This document shows, piece after piece, positions 28,196 to 37,257 of a stretch of DNA of 64,000 nt. The stretch is from Thermoanaerobaculia bacterium (GTDB lineage Bacteria > Acidobacteriota > Thermoanaerobaculia > UBA5066), in the NCBI GenBank assembly GCA_048500275.1, contig JASNYI010000002.1, positions 347,936 to 411,935 of the forward strand. The letters run 5' to 3'. The first letter of the stretch is position 1; every line of letters starts with the position of its first letter. The notes below the pieces were generated by a model. The model searched no databases. It was not told where the DNA came from and was given only the letters and a program-made list of their open reading frames with translations. The position numbers were made by a program, and so were the translations under genes.

Positions 28196-29448
28196 AGCTC
28201 CCGCGAGGGCGGCTCTCGGGGACGCTGCGCGTCCCCGGCTCCAAGAGCCTCACGAACCGCGCGCTCGTGGCGGCCGCGCTCGCCCCGGGCGTGAGCGAGA
28301 TCGTTGCTCCGCTCGACGCGGACGACACCCGGGTCCTCGCCGCGGCTCTCGGGCGGCTCGGTGCGAAGGTCGAGATCGGCGGCGACTCCTGGACGATGGC
28401 GGGCCCCCTCGGCGGGTGCGACCGGGAGGAAGTGCACCTGGACGTCGGGCCGGCGGGGACGCCCGCCCGGTTCCTCCTGGCCCTGTTGTCGGCCCTCCCC
28501 GGCCGCTTCGTCCTCGACGGCTCGTCCCGGATGCGAGAGAGGCCGATGGGGCCGCTCGTCGAGGCGCTCCGTTCCCGCGGCGCCCGGATCGAGGCGCTCG
28601 GGAGAGAGGGCTTCCTTCCCCTGCGCGTCGCGGGGGCGACGCTGACGGGCGGCGAGGTCGCGATCCGCGCCGACGTCTCGTCGCAGTTCGTCTCCGCGCT
28701 CCTCCTCGTCTCGCCTCTCGTGCCGGGCGGGCTCTCCGTACGCGCCGAGGGGCGGCCGGTCTCCGGCGCCTACGTCGAGCTGACCCGAGTCGTCCTGGCC
28801 GCCTTCGCGCCGGCGGGCGTGTACCGGGCGACCCGTTTCGTCGTCGCGGGAGACGACTCGGCCGCCTGCTTCCCGATCGCGGGCGCCGTCGTCTCCGGCG
28901 GCTCCATCCGCCTCGAGGGGCTCGACCCGGACTCCGCGCAGCCCGACGCGCTCTTCCGGCGCTGGGCCGAACGGGCGGGAGGGAACCTCTGCTGGGAAGG
29001 GAAGGGCGAGGGCGCGGTCCTCGTCGTCGAAGGGGCGGGACGCGGGGTCGCGGCTCTCGACGCCGACGTCGACCCGGCGCCCGACGCGGCGCTGCCGCTG
29101 GCGGCTCTCCTCGCCTTCTCGCGCGGACGATCGCGCCTTCGCGGCGTCTCCCGCCTGCGGGAGAAGGAGTCGGACCGGCTCGCCGCCGCGCTCGACCTCC
29201 TGCGCTCCGCCGGCGCCGCGGTACTCGTCGAGGAGGGGGAGGACGGCGAGGCGCTGGTCGTCGACGGGCCCGCGGGACAGCCGCGCCGCGCTTCCTTCGC
29301 CTCGGCGGACGACCACCGGGTCGCCATGGCGGCCGCGGTCCTCGCCCTCGCGCTTCCGGATGGGTGCGAGATCGACGCTCCCGGCGTGGTCTCGAAGTCG
29401 TATCCCCGGTTCTGGGCGGACTGGGCTTCGCTCGTCGCGGCCGGCTGA
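28192..29448 (+). CDS. aroA: 3-phosphoshikimate 1-carboxyvinyltransferase (EPSP synthase)
   Basis: GSKSLTNRAL motif and the overall EPSP synthase fold. The GTG start overlaps the lpxH stop (GTGA). Confidence 0.85.
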   Translation: MKLPRGRLSGTLRVPGSKSLTNRALVAAALAPGVSEIVAPLDADDTRVLAAALGRLGAKVEIGGDSWTMAGPLGGCDREEVHLDVGPAGTPARFLLALLSALPGRFVLDGSSRMRERPMGPLVEALRSRGARIEALGREGFLPLRVAGATLTGGEVAIRADVSSQFVSALLLVSPLVPGGLSVRAEGRPVSGAYVELTRVVLAAFAPAGVYRATRFVVAGDDSAACFPIAGAVVSGGSIRLEGLDPDSAQPDALFRRWAERAGGNLCWEGKGEGAVLVVEGAGRGVAALDADVDPAPDAALPLAALLAFSRGRSRLRGVSRLREKESDRLAAALDLLRSAGAAVLVEEGEDGEALVVDGPAGQPRRASFASADDHRVAMAAAVLALALPDGCEIDAPGVVSKSYPRFWADWASLVAAG

Positions 29449-29475
29449 ACCGACGGCCCGACGGGGCGTGCGAAG

Positions 29476-32400
29476 ATGAAACCCTTCAGCGGAGAGGGTG
29501 AACGTGTGAGGCGAAGGGCCGGGAACGAGGCCGCGCGGCCGCCGGAGTGGGTCATCCCCGGAACCGACGTCCTCGCGGGCGCGGCCGAGGTCGGACGGCT
29601 ACTTCACGCGGCTCTTCCGGCTTTCGCCTGGGGTCGCCGGGCCGGCAACGCCTGGGTCCTCGGGCCTGCCCCTCCGCCCCGGCGCCTGCCGGAGGACCTC
29701 ACCGACGTCGAGCACGCCGCGTTTCTCGTGCGGCTCGCGGGCCTTCTCTCGTTCCTCAGCGCGCACGGTCTCGGCCTCTCCCCGGAAGGGGTGAAAGCCC
29801 TGGGGACCCGGCCCGGCACCCGGGACGTCCCGTGGCTCCAGGCTCCGCCTGTTCCCGCCTTCAGGGCTGTGGCGGCGCCGTTCGTCCTGGGGAGCGTGAC
29901 ACTCCGCCTCGCGGGGAGGGAAGCCGCCGCCGACAGGGCCCGCGACGCGAGGAGGGCGATGGAGGAAGCCCTCGCCGAGGGTCTCCCGGCGAGGTCGCTG
30001 GAGGCCGTCGCGGCGGCGCTCCGGGCGTCGGACGGTGTCCGGTCGTCAGAGGCCCTGCTCCTCGACCTCGCGGGGACGGCCGGCATCGGGGAAAGGGTCG
30101 CGCTCGACCTCCTCGGGCTCGCCGTGCCCCGCGAGGTCGCACCCGCGTCCGGCGAGCGGCTCGTGGCCAGCGGGGGAGAGGCGGACTGGATCGCCCGTGG
30201 TGCGGCCCGGCGCGCGCCCGCGGAGAACGGCTTCGCCGAAGCGGGGCCGCCGGCATCCCTGGAGGACGGCGCGTGCCTCCTCGAGCTGGCGTCGGGGCTC
30301 GGTCCCGATCCGCGCGCGGCCGTTCTCGAGGCCCTCGCCCGCGGCGAAAAGCCCTCCCCGCAGCCGGGTCCGCCGCTGGTCCTCCTCGCGCGGGAGCTCG
30401 AGCGGTGGGACGAGCGGTCCCGGCAGGGCTGGGAGCAGCTCCCCGGGCTGGTCCCGGGGGTTTCGAGAGTCGAGTCCCGCGCCGATGCCCCGCCGCCGTG
30501 GCAGAAGGTCTCCCTTCTCGTTCCCCGCCTCGGGCGCGAGGAGGTCTCGGGTCTCGTTCACCTGCCTCTCGCCTCGCCGCCGGCCTTCTCGCGCCTCTGG
30601 GAGGAGCTGGCCGAGGAGGCGGCGGGAGACCCGGCTTGCCTTCTTCGCGGGGCAAGGCTTCGGGCGAGGAGCTTTCTGGCCGGACCGGGCCGGGCGCCGT
30701 CTCGCCGGCGGGGAGCCGCCGCCCCCGACGCGGTCCTCCGGGCGTCCGCCCTCCTGGGCGACGGCTTTCCCCTTTTCGAGGCGGCCGCGGCGGCCGGGAC
30801 CCCGCCGGAAAGGACGGCCCGGGTCCTCGCGGAGGCGTGCGACGACGGCACCCTGGTCCGTACGCCGGGCGGCGGTTTTCGCTTCGCGGAGGAGGGCCTG
30901 CGGCGCCGGCTCGCCGCGGGCCTCTCGCCCACGGAGATCGCCTCGAGCCTGGCCAGACTCGAGGCCGCCGGGACCGGTGCGACGAGGCTCCTTCTCGCGA
31001 GGTTGACCGGCGGGCCGTCGACGTCCGACCTCGACGAGTGCCGGCGGCGGCTGTTAGAGGCCGTCCGTTCGGGGCGCGGCGACGAGGCGGCGGCGCTCCT
31101 CGGCCGCGCGCCTTCCGAGGGCCCTGACCTCGGGGAACCGGCCCTCGCCGCGGAGGCCCACGCTGCGGCCGGACGGATGGAGGACGCGCGCGCCTCGGCC
31201 GGCCGCGTCGACACCCGCCAGCTGACGGGACTGGCTCCGGGCCGGCGCGAGAAGCTCGCCCGGCTCCTCGCCCGGCTCGGCGAGGAGTCGAAGGCGCTCG
31301 AGCTCGTCTCCGCGACGGAAGGACTGGACGGGCGACTCGCGAGGGCGGATCTCCTCCTCCGCCTGCGCAGGGAAGGAGAAGCGGCGGAGGTCCTCGACGG
31401 CGTCCTCCCGGGGGACGGCCCGCATGCCGCGAGGGTCCACCTCCTGCGGGCGGAGCTCCACGAGAGGCGCCAGGAGCTGCCGCGGGCGGAGGAGGAGCTG
31501 CGGGCCGTCGCCGCCTGCCTCGACCGCTTCCCCGATGCTCCCGGGCTTTCCGAGACCGGGTTCACGGCCGGCTACCTCGCTCTCGGTCTCGGAAGGACCC
31601 GGGAGGCGCGCGCATTCTTTCGCGCGGCCAGAGACGACGCCCGCGACCCCTCGAGACGGGCCGACGCCCTCTTCGACCTGTCGGTGGCCGCCGCGGGGGA
31701 GGGCGAGCTGGCGGAGGCGGAGGCGACACTCGAGGAAGCCCTCGCGCTCTACTCCGCGATCGGGGAGAGGGGCCGCTACCTCGGAGCGCTCGGCCAGAGA
31801 GCCGCCGTGGCCCTCCAGCGGAGCGACGCGCGCGCGGCCCGCCGCGACCTGGAGACGGTCCTCGCCCACGACCGGATGCCGGGGCGGGCCTTCCAGCTCC
31901 TCTTCTCGCTCCCGCTGCGGCAGCGCCTCGCCCTCGCCGACGGCGACGACGCGGACGGCGCCGAGGCTTTCGCGGAGGCGGAATCCCGCGCGACCGAGTG
32001 CCCGGACCACCCCGCCCGGCGAGAGGTGCTCGTTCTCGAGGCGGCTCGTCTCCTGGCGGCGGGCCTCGCCGCCGAAGCGCTCGCAAAGGCCGCGGAAGCC
32101 GAGCCCCTTCCGGATGCCCGCAGCGGCGTCGAGCCGCTGCGCGCGAGGCTCGCGGCCTCTGCGCTGCGCGACCTCGGGGGAGATCCGGCTCCTCCGGCGT
32201 CGTTCGAAGGCGAGGAGCGGGCGCTCCAGGAAGCCGAGGGGGCGCTGGTCGCGGGGCTGCCGCCGGCCCCGGCCGCCCGTCGGGCGCTCGCGGATCGCTT
32301 CGAGCGTCCCGAGGGAGCGATCGAGGTGGTGACGAGGCTCCTCGAGTGGCGAGGGCGCTTCCCCTCGTTTTTCGCGGCGCCGGAGTCGTCGCCGCTGCGC

Positions 32401-33417
32401 GAGCTGGGGCTTCGGGCCGCGCGACGCGCGGGACTGGACCGCGCGTCCCGGCGCTTCGCGGCCGTCCCGGCGGCGGAGATGCCCGAGGGGCGCGGCCCGG
32501 CGGCCCCCGACGACACCCCGTTCGTGGCGGAAGACGCGGCGACACGGGAGGTCCTGGAGACGGTCCGCCGCGTCGCCCCCCACAGGATCTCCGTCCTCGT
32601 CCTCGGGGAAAGCGGGACGGGGAAGGAGCTGGTGGCGCGGGAGGTGCACCGCGCCTCACGACGCGCCGGCCCGTTCGTCGCCGTGAACGTGGCGGCGCTC
32701 CCGGAGACGCTCGCGGAGGCGGAGCTCTTCGGCGCCGCCCGGGGAGCCTTCACGGGGGCCGAACGGGACCGGGCCGGCGTCATCGAGGCTTCGTCCGGAG
32801 GGACGCTCTTCCTGGACGAGATCGGCGACCTCTCGCCGCTCGTCCAGTCCAAGCTGCTGCGCGTCCTGCAGGAACGCGAGGTGAGGCGGCTCGGCGAGAC
32901 ACGGACGCGCGCCGTGGATCTCCGGCTCGTCGCGGCCACCCATCGCGACCTCGGCCGGCTGACCGGAGAGGGGCGATTCCGGGGGGACCTCCTCTACCGG
33001 ATCGCGGGGATCACCGTCACGCTGCCTCCGCTGCGGGAGCGGCCGCGGGACCTGCGCGCCCTCCTCGAGAAGGCTCTTGGCGGAACTCCCGTCTCTCCCG
33101 AGGCCAGAGCGGCCCTCCTCTCCTGGCCCTGGCCCGGAAACGTGAGGGAGCTCCAGTCGGCCGTCGAGGCAGCGAAGGCGCTCGCGGGCGGGGGGCGCGT
33201 GGAGAAGGCGCACCTCCCCGCCCGGCTCCGCGAGGAGAGAAACGTTCCCGGGGGAGGAAAGGGCCGCTACCGGGAGGCCGTGGACGAGGCGAAGAGGAGG
33301 GTCATCCGCGAGGCGCTCTCGGAGGCGGGAGGGAACCGGACGCGGGCGGCCGCGCTCCTCGGGCTGTCGAGGCAGTCCCTCCTCTACGAGATCAAGAGGC
33401 TCGCTCTCACCGACTAG
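29476..33417 (+). CDS. Sigma-54-dependent transcriptional activator (bacterial enhancer-binding protein) with a ~950-aa N-terminal region of TPR-like/unknown domains
   Basis: C-terminal AAA+ sigma-54 interaction domain (GESGTGKE Walker A, GAFTGA loop, LFLDEIGDL) and Fis-type HTH (SRQSLLYEIKRL). The N-terminus has no REC, GAF or PAS domain that I can recognise. Confidence 0.8.
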   Translation: MKPFSGEGERVRRRAGNEAARPPEWVIPGTDVLAGAAEVGRLLHAALPAFAWGRRAGNAWVLGPAPPPRRLPEDLTDVEHAAFLVRLAGLLSFLSAHGLGLSPEGVKALGTRPGTRDVPWLQAPPVPAFRAVAAPFVLGSVTLRLAGREAAADRARDARRAMEEALAEGLPARSLEAVAAALRASDGVRSSEALLLDLAGTAGIGERVALDLLGLAVPREVAPASGERLVASGGEADWIARGAARRAPAENGFAEAGPPASLEDGACLLELASGLGPDPRAAVLEALARGEKPSPQPGPPLVLLARELERWDERSRQGWEQLPGLVPGVSRVESRADAPPPWQKVSLLVPRLGREEVSGLVHLPLASPPAFSRLWEELAEEAAGDPACLLRGARLRARSFLAGPGRAPSRRRGAAAPDAVLRASALLGDGFPLFEAAAAAGTPPERTARVLAEACDDGTLVRTPGGGFRFAEEGLRRRLAAGLSPTEIASSLARLEAAGTGATRLLLARLTGGPSTSDLDECRRRLLEAVRSGRGDEAAALLGRAPSEGPDLGEPALAAEAHAAAGRMEDARASAGRVDTRQLTGLAPGRREKLARLLARLGEESKALELVSATEGLDGRLARADLLLRLRREGEAAEVLDGVLPGDGPHAARVHLLRAELHERRQELPRAEEELRAVAACLDRFPDAPGLSETGFTAGYLALGLGRTREARAFFRAARDDARDPSRRADALFDLSVAAAGEGELAEAEATLEEALALYSAIGERGRYLGALGQRAAVALQRSDARAARRDLETVLAHDRMPGRAFQLLFSLPLRQRLALADGDDADGAEAFAEAESRATECPDHPARREVLVLEAARLLAAGLAAEALAKAAEAEPLPDARSGVEPLRARLAASALRDLGGDPAPPASFEGEERALQEAEGALVAGLPPAPAARRALADRFERPEGAIEVVTRLLEWRGRFPSFFAAPESSPLRELGLRAARRAGLDRASRRFAAVPAAEMPEGRGPAAPDDTPFVAEDAATREVLETVRRVAPHRISVLVLGESGTGKELVAREVHRASRRAGPFVAVNVAALPETLAEAELFGAARGAFTGAERDRAGVIEASSGGTLFLDEIGDLSPLVQSKLLRVLQEREVRRLGETRTRAVDLRLVAATHRDLGRLTGEGRFRGDLLYRIAGITVTLPPLRERPRDLRALLEKALGGTPVSPEARAALLSWPWPGNVRELQSAVEAAKALAGGGRVEKAHLPARLREERNVPGGGKGRYREAVDEAKRRVIREALSEAGGNRTRAAALLGLSRQSLLYEIKRLALTD

Positions 33418-33533
33418 ACTTCGGCCGGCCCGATGAGTTCCGACACGTCCCCGCCTCTCCGTGCCGGCGCCGCCGCGCCGCCGCTCACCGGGTCTCGCCG
33501 GGCCGCCCTGCCCGGCGAGACCCCGGTCGCGAC

Positions 33534-35591
33534 GTGAGCGCGAGCGGGCGTCCCGTCGGCCGCGCGGCCCTCGCGCTCGGCCTCCTCGCGGTCCTGCCGT
33601 TCCTGAACGGGCTGACGGCCGACTTCACCTTCGACGACAAGGTGATCGTCCGCGACAACCCCCGCCTTGCCTCGCCCCGGCGCGCGGGCGAGGTCTTCAC
33701 CTCGCACTACTCCGGCGGACCGCTCTCGACGGCGAAGAACTTCCGGCCGGTGGTCCTCCTCACGTACGCGGTCCAGCGGTGGACGACGGGGACCGACCCC
33801 TTCCCGTTCCACGCCGTGAACGTCCTCCTCCACGCGGCGACGACGCTCGCCCTCGCGGCCTGGCTCCTCGGACTCGGCATGCCGCGCGGGCCGTCGCTGG
33901 CGGCGGCGGCGCTGTTCGCCGTGGTGCCGATCCACGTCGAGGCGGTGACGGGGATCGTCGGCCGGGCCGAGCTCCTCTCCGCGCTCCTCGTGCTCCTGGC
34001 GGCGATCCTCTTCCAGCGCGCGACGGACGGGACGCCGCTCAGGGCTCTCCCGTACGCCGGGGCTCTCGCGGCATTCCTCCTCGCCCTCTTCACGAAGGAG
34101 AACGCCGTCGTCCTGCCCGGAATCGTCGTCCTCGGGGACCTCCTGCGCCGCGACGTTCCCGGGACCCTCGTGTCCCGGCTCCGGCGGAAGGCCCTGCCGG
34201 CGGCCGGGCTCCTCCTCCCGCTGGCGGCCTTCGTCGCGGTCCGCCTCTTCGTCCTCGGCGGCGGCCTCGTCGGGAGGCCCTCGGCGTTCTTCGAGCTCGA
34301 CAACCCTCTCGCGCCTCTCGCCGACCCGCTCCGCGCCGCGAACGGCCTCTGGCTCCTCGTGCGCTACGCCGCGAAGACGTTCGTCCCGCTCGGGCTGTCG
34401 GCCGACCACTCGGCGCACGCCCTCGACCTCGTGACGTCCCTCGCCGACCCGAGGGTGGCGGCGGCCCTGGCGGCCGTGGCCGGGCTTGCGGCGGCGGGGC
34501 TCGCGGCGGCCCGGCGGCACCCCCTCGTTCCGCTCGGCGCGGCGTTCTTCCTCGGGACGCTCCTGCCCGCTTCGAACATCCTCTTCCCGATCGGGACGAT
34601 CTACGCCGAGCGGCTCGCCTATCTCCCCTCCGCCGGGCTCGTCGTGGCGGCGGCCGGCGCCTTCGCGGCGGTTCCGCGGTGCTCGCGGCCGTTCCGGGCC
34701 GCGGTCCTCGCGATCGTCGTCGCCACGTACGCGGGCGCCACCGTCGCGCGCAACGAGGTCTTCCGCGACGACGATTCGCTCTTCGCCGACATGGTTGCGA
34801 AGGTCCCGCGCTCGGCGCGGGCCCGGTACAACGTGGCGTACGTGGCGTGGCGGCGCGGGGAGCTCGCCTCGGCCCGCAGGAACCTCGAGACGGCGGTGGC
34901 CCTCTTTCCCCGCCACTACGACGCGTGGACGCTCCTCGGTCTCGTCGCGGCAAAGGAAGGGCGCATCGGCGACGCGAGGGCCGCGTGCCGCGAGGCCCTC
35001 CGGGTCAAGCCGGACAACGAGCGCGCCTGGCGGGCCCTGTGGAGGGTCGAGGAGGAATCCGGGCGCTTCGACGAGGCGGAGCGCGCGCTCGCGGAGGGTC
35101 TTCGCCGCTTCCCTCGCTCCCGGGCCCTCCTCTCCGGCCGGGCGGATTCCCTGCACGGGCGCGGACGATTCGAGGAAGCGCGCCGGGCGTGGGAGGACGC
35201 CCTCGCCGTGGACGGCAGGGCCGTCGAGGCCCGGCTCGGCCTCGCGCGGACCCTCTCGGCGCTCGGGCGCGACGGGGAGGCGATCGTCGAGGCGCGATGG
35301 GCCGTCGCGGCCTCCCCGGGATCGGTCGCCGCGCGCATCTTCCTCGCCGGTCGGTACGAGGCCGGGGGAAAGGCCCTCGCCGCCGCGGCGGAGCTCGGGC
35401 GGGCCGTGAGGGCGGCGCCCCGCGATCCCGGGCCGGCGCGCCTCCTTCTCGAGCTCGGGGCCCGGGAACCCGAGGCCCGGTCCGTCGCGACGACGGCCCT
35501 CGCCGGCATCGAGAAGTCGTTCGGGAAGCCCGTGCGGAACCTCGGTCTCAGGGCTTCCGTCGAGGCCTTTCGCGCCGCCGCGGGCCGGTAG
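33534..35591 (+). CDS. TMTC/PMT-like polytopic membrane protein with C-terminal TPR repeats (DUF1736-type; putative protein O-mannosyl/glycosyltransferase)
   Basis: N-terminal multi-TM region containing the FTFDDKVIVRDNP motif typical of TMTC/DUF1736, followed by several TPR repeats. GTG start. Confidence 0.7.
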   Translation: MSASGRPVGRAALALGLLAVLPFLNGLTADFTFDDKVIVRDNPRLASPRRAGEVFTSHYSGGPLSTAKNFRPVVLLTYAVQRWTTGTDPFPFHAVNVLLHAATTLALAAWLLGLGMPRGPSLAAAALFAVVPIHVEAVTGIVGRAELLSALLVLLAAILFQRATDGTPLRALPYAGALAAFLLALFTKENAVVLPGIVVLGDLLRRDVPGTLVSRLRRKALPAAGLLLPLAAFVAVRLFVLGGGLVGRPSAFFELDNPLAPLADPLRAANGLWLLVRYAAKTFVPLGLSADHSAHALDLVTSLADPRVAAALAAVAGLAAAGLAAARRHPLVPLGAAFFLGTLLPASNILFPIGTIYAERLAYLPSAGLVVAAAGAFAAVPRCSRPFRAAVLAIVVATYAGATVARNEVFRDDDSLFADMVAKVPRSARARYNVAYVAWRRGELASARRNLETAVALFPRHYDAWTLLGLVAAKEGRIGDARAACREALRVKPDNERAWRALWRVEEESGRFDEAERALAEGLRRFPRSRALLSGRADSLHGRGRFEEARRAWEDALAVDGRAVEARLGLARTLSALGRDGEAIVEARWAVAASPGSVAARIFLAGRYEAGGKALAAAAELGRAVRAAPRDPGPARLLLELGAREPEARSVATTALAGIEKSFGKPVRNLGLRASVEAFRAAAGR

Positions 35592-35641
35592 GTCCTTCGG
35601 GAGGCGCGAAGTGGGCCCGCCCGCGGCGCCAGCCCCCTCCC

Positions 35642-36223
35642 TCAGTCCGCGAAGTCGGGCGGGATCGCCGCGGCGCGGTCGCGCCGGGCCCTCACCACGC
35701 GGACGAGGACGAGGTACGTCAGCGCCCCGAAGACGACGGAGAGCGTGAACATCCCGACGCCCCACTGGATTCCGATCGCCCTCATCGCTGGCCCCGCCTG
35801 GAGCCAGGCGCCGGGCCGCAGGACGTCGCCCCACGGCAGGTGGGTGGCGGCCTCGTGCCGGGCCCGCAGGATGAACCCTCCCAGCGGCAGGGCGACGGCG
35901 CTCGCGGGCCCGAGCGTCAGCGGGTTCACGACGAGCGTCCCGAGGAAGACGTCGAGCTTGTTGAGCTTCAGGAGGATCGCCACGAAGAAGGCGAGGATCC
36001 AGTGGAAGCCGAGGAGCGGCGTGAACGCGATGGCGACCCCGATCGCAAACGACGCCGCGACGCGCTCCGGCTCGTCGTGCCGGCCGAGCATCTCGAGGAA
36101 CTGCGTCCTGAACCGGGTCGCCCAGCCCTCCCGATACCGGAGAGGAGAGATCGGGGGGGGCGTATCCCACGGGCCGCGCGGATCGGGGGCGCGGCGATCC
36201 GGCTCCGGGCCCAGGAACGTCAT
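35642..36223 (-). CDS. DUF2062-family membrane protein
   Basis: Conserved [16 protein letters not shown] block and 3-4 TM helices. Confidence 0.6.
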   Translation of the reverse strand: MTFLGPEPDRRAPDPRGPWDTPPPISPLRYREGWATRFRTQFLEMLGRHDEPERVAASFAIGVAIAFTPLLGFHWILAFFVAILLKLNKLDVFLGTLVVNPLTLGPASAVALPLGGFILRARHEAATHLPWGDVLRPGAWLQAGPAMRAIGIQWGVGMFTLSVVFGALTYLVLVRVVRARRDRAAAIPPDFAD

Positions 36224-37257
36224 CCGCCGCCCTTGGAGAAGTGGTCGAAGCCCCGGTCCGGCAGCGGGCGGAAGCGACCGGCTTCCGAGAGGACGACCTT
36301 CGACGTCGCGTCGAGCCGGCCGACGCGGCGGACGGCGAAGCGCGCGGCGGCCTTGCGCATCGCCGGGACCCGCTCGGGCGGAACGGCGAAGAGGAGCCCG
36401 TAGTCCTCGCCTCCGTAGAGCGCGAGCTCGAGGGGGTCCGACGGGAGGCCTGGCAGCATCGCGAGGCCGGAGTCGACGGGGAGCGCCTCCCGCTCGACGG
36501 AGGCTCCCGTGCCGGAGGCGCGGCAGAGGCGGTGGAGGTCCCGGGCGAAGCCGTCGGAAAGGTCGATGGCCGCCGAGGCGATCCCGGCCTCGGCGATCGC
36601 CCGGCCGAGGTCGACCATCGGCCGGGGATCGAGCTGGTGCCTGAGGAGGCGGGCGATCTCGTCCCGGCGGGCCGGAGAGACCCGGCTGCCGCGCGGCGCG
36701 GTGACCCGGCCGTCGCGGTCGCGCCGGTAGCCGCGCAGGACGAGCGCCAGCCCGGCGGCGGCCGCGCCGAGGGTCCCGGAGACCCAGAGCTCGTCGCCCG
36801 GGCGGCCGCCCCCGCGGCGGAGAGGACCGGCGTCGGGGACCCGGCCGAGGACGGTGACGGAGGCGAACCGCTCGAGAGAGGCGGAGAGGTCCCCGCCGAC
36901 GACGGCCACGGACTGCTCGCGGGCCGCGGCCCGGAAACCGTCGAGGAAGCCGTCCAGCCAGGCCTCGGGTGTCTCGCGCGGCAGCCCGAGCGTGAGCAGG
37001 GCGTGCAGCGGCGTTGCGCCCATGGCGGCGAGGTCGGAGAGGTTGACGTTCAGCGCCTTGCGCCCGACGAGGAAAGGGTCGGCGGTCGCGGTGAAGTCCT
37101 CGCCTTCCACGAGGGCGTCCGTGCAGACGGCCAGGGACGCCGGTACGGCGAGGACGGCCGCGTCGTCGCCGACTCCGACCCGCACGTCTCGGCGCCGCGT
37201 CGCGAAGAGGCGTTCGAAGCGGCGCAGGAGGTCGTTCTCGGGGGGGAGCGACTTCAC
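36220..37257 (-). CDS. thiL: Thiamine-monophosphate kinase
   Basis: GDDAAVL and AIR-synthase-related fold. 4-nt overlaps on both sides. Confidence 0.8.
   Translation of the reverse strand: MKSLPPENDLLRRFERLFATRRRDVRVGVGDDAAVLAVPASLAVCTDALVEGEDFTATADPFLVGRKALNVNLSDLAAMGATPLHALLTLGLPRETPEAWLDGFLDGFRAAAREQSVAVVGGDLSASLERFASVTVLGRVPDAGPLRRGGGRPGDELWVSGTLGAAAAGLALVLRGYRRDRDGRVTAPRGSRVSPARRDEIARLLRHQLDPRPMVDLGRAIAEAGIASAAIDLSDGFARDLHRLCRASGTGASVEREALPVDSGLAMLPGLPSDPLELALYGGEDYGLLFAVPPERVPAMRKAAARFAVRRVGRLDATSKVVLSEAGRFRPLPDRGFDHFSKGGG

Noticed and set aside
33414-36403. 918-aa (minus) and 980-aa (plus) ORFs overlapping the TMTC-like gene
   Set aside because: Arg/Glu/Pro-rich low-complexity translations. 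The TMTC-like frame has TM helices, TPR repeats and normal composition.
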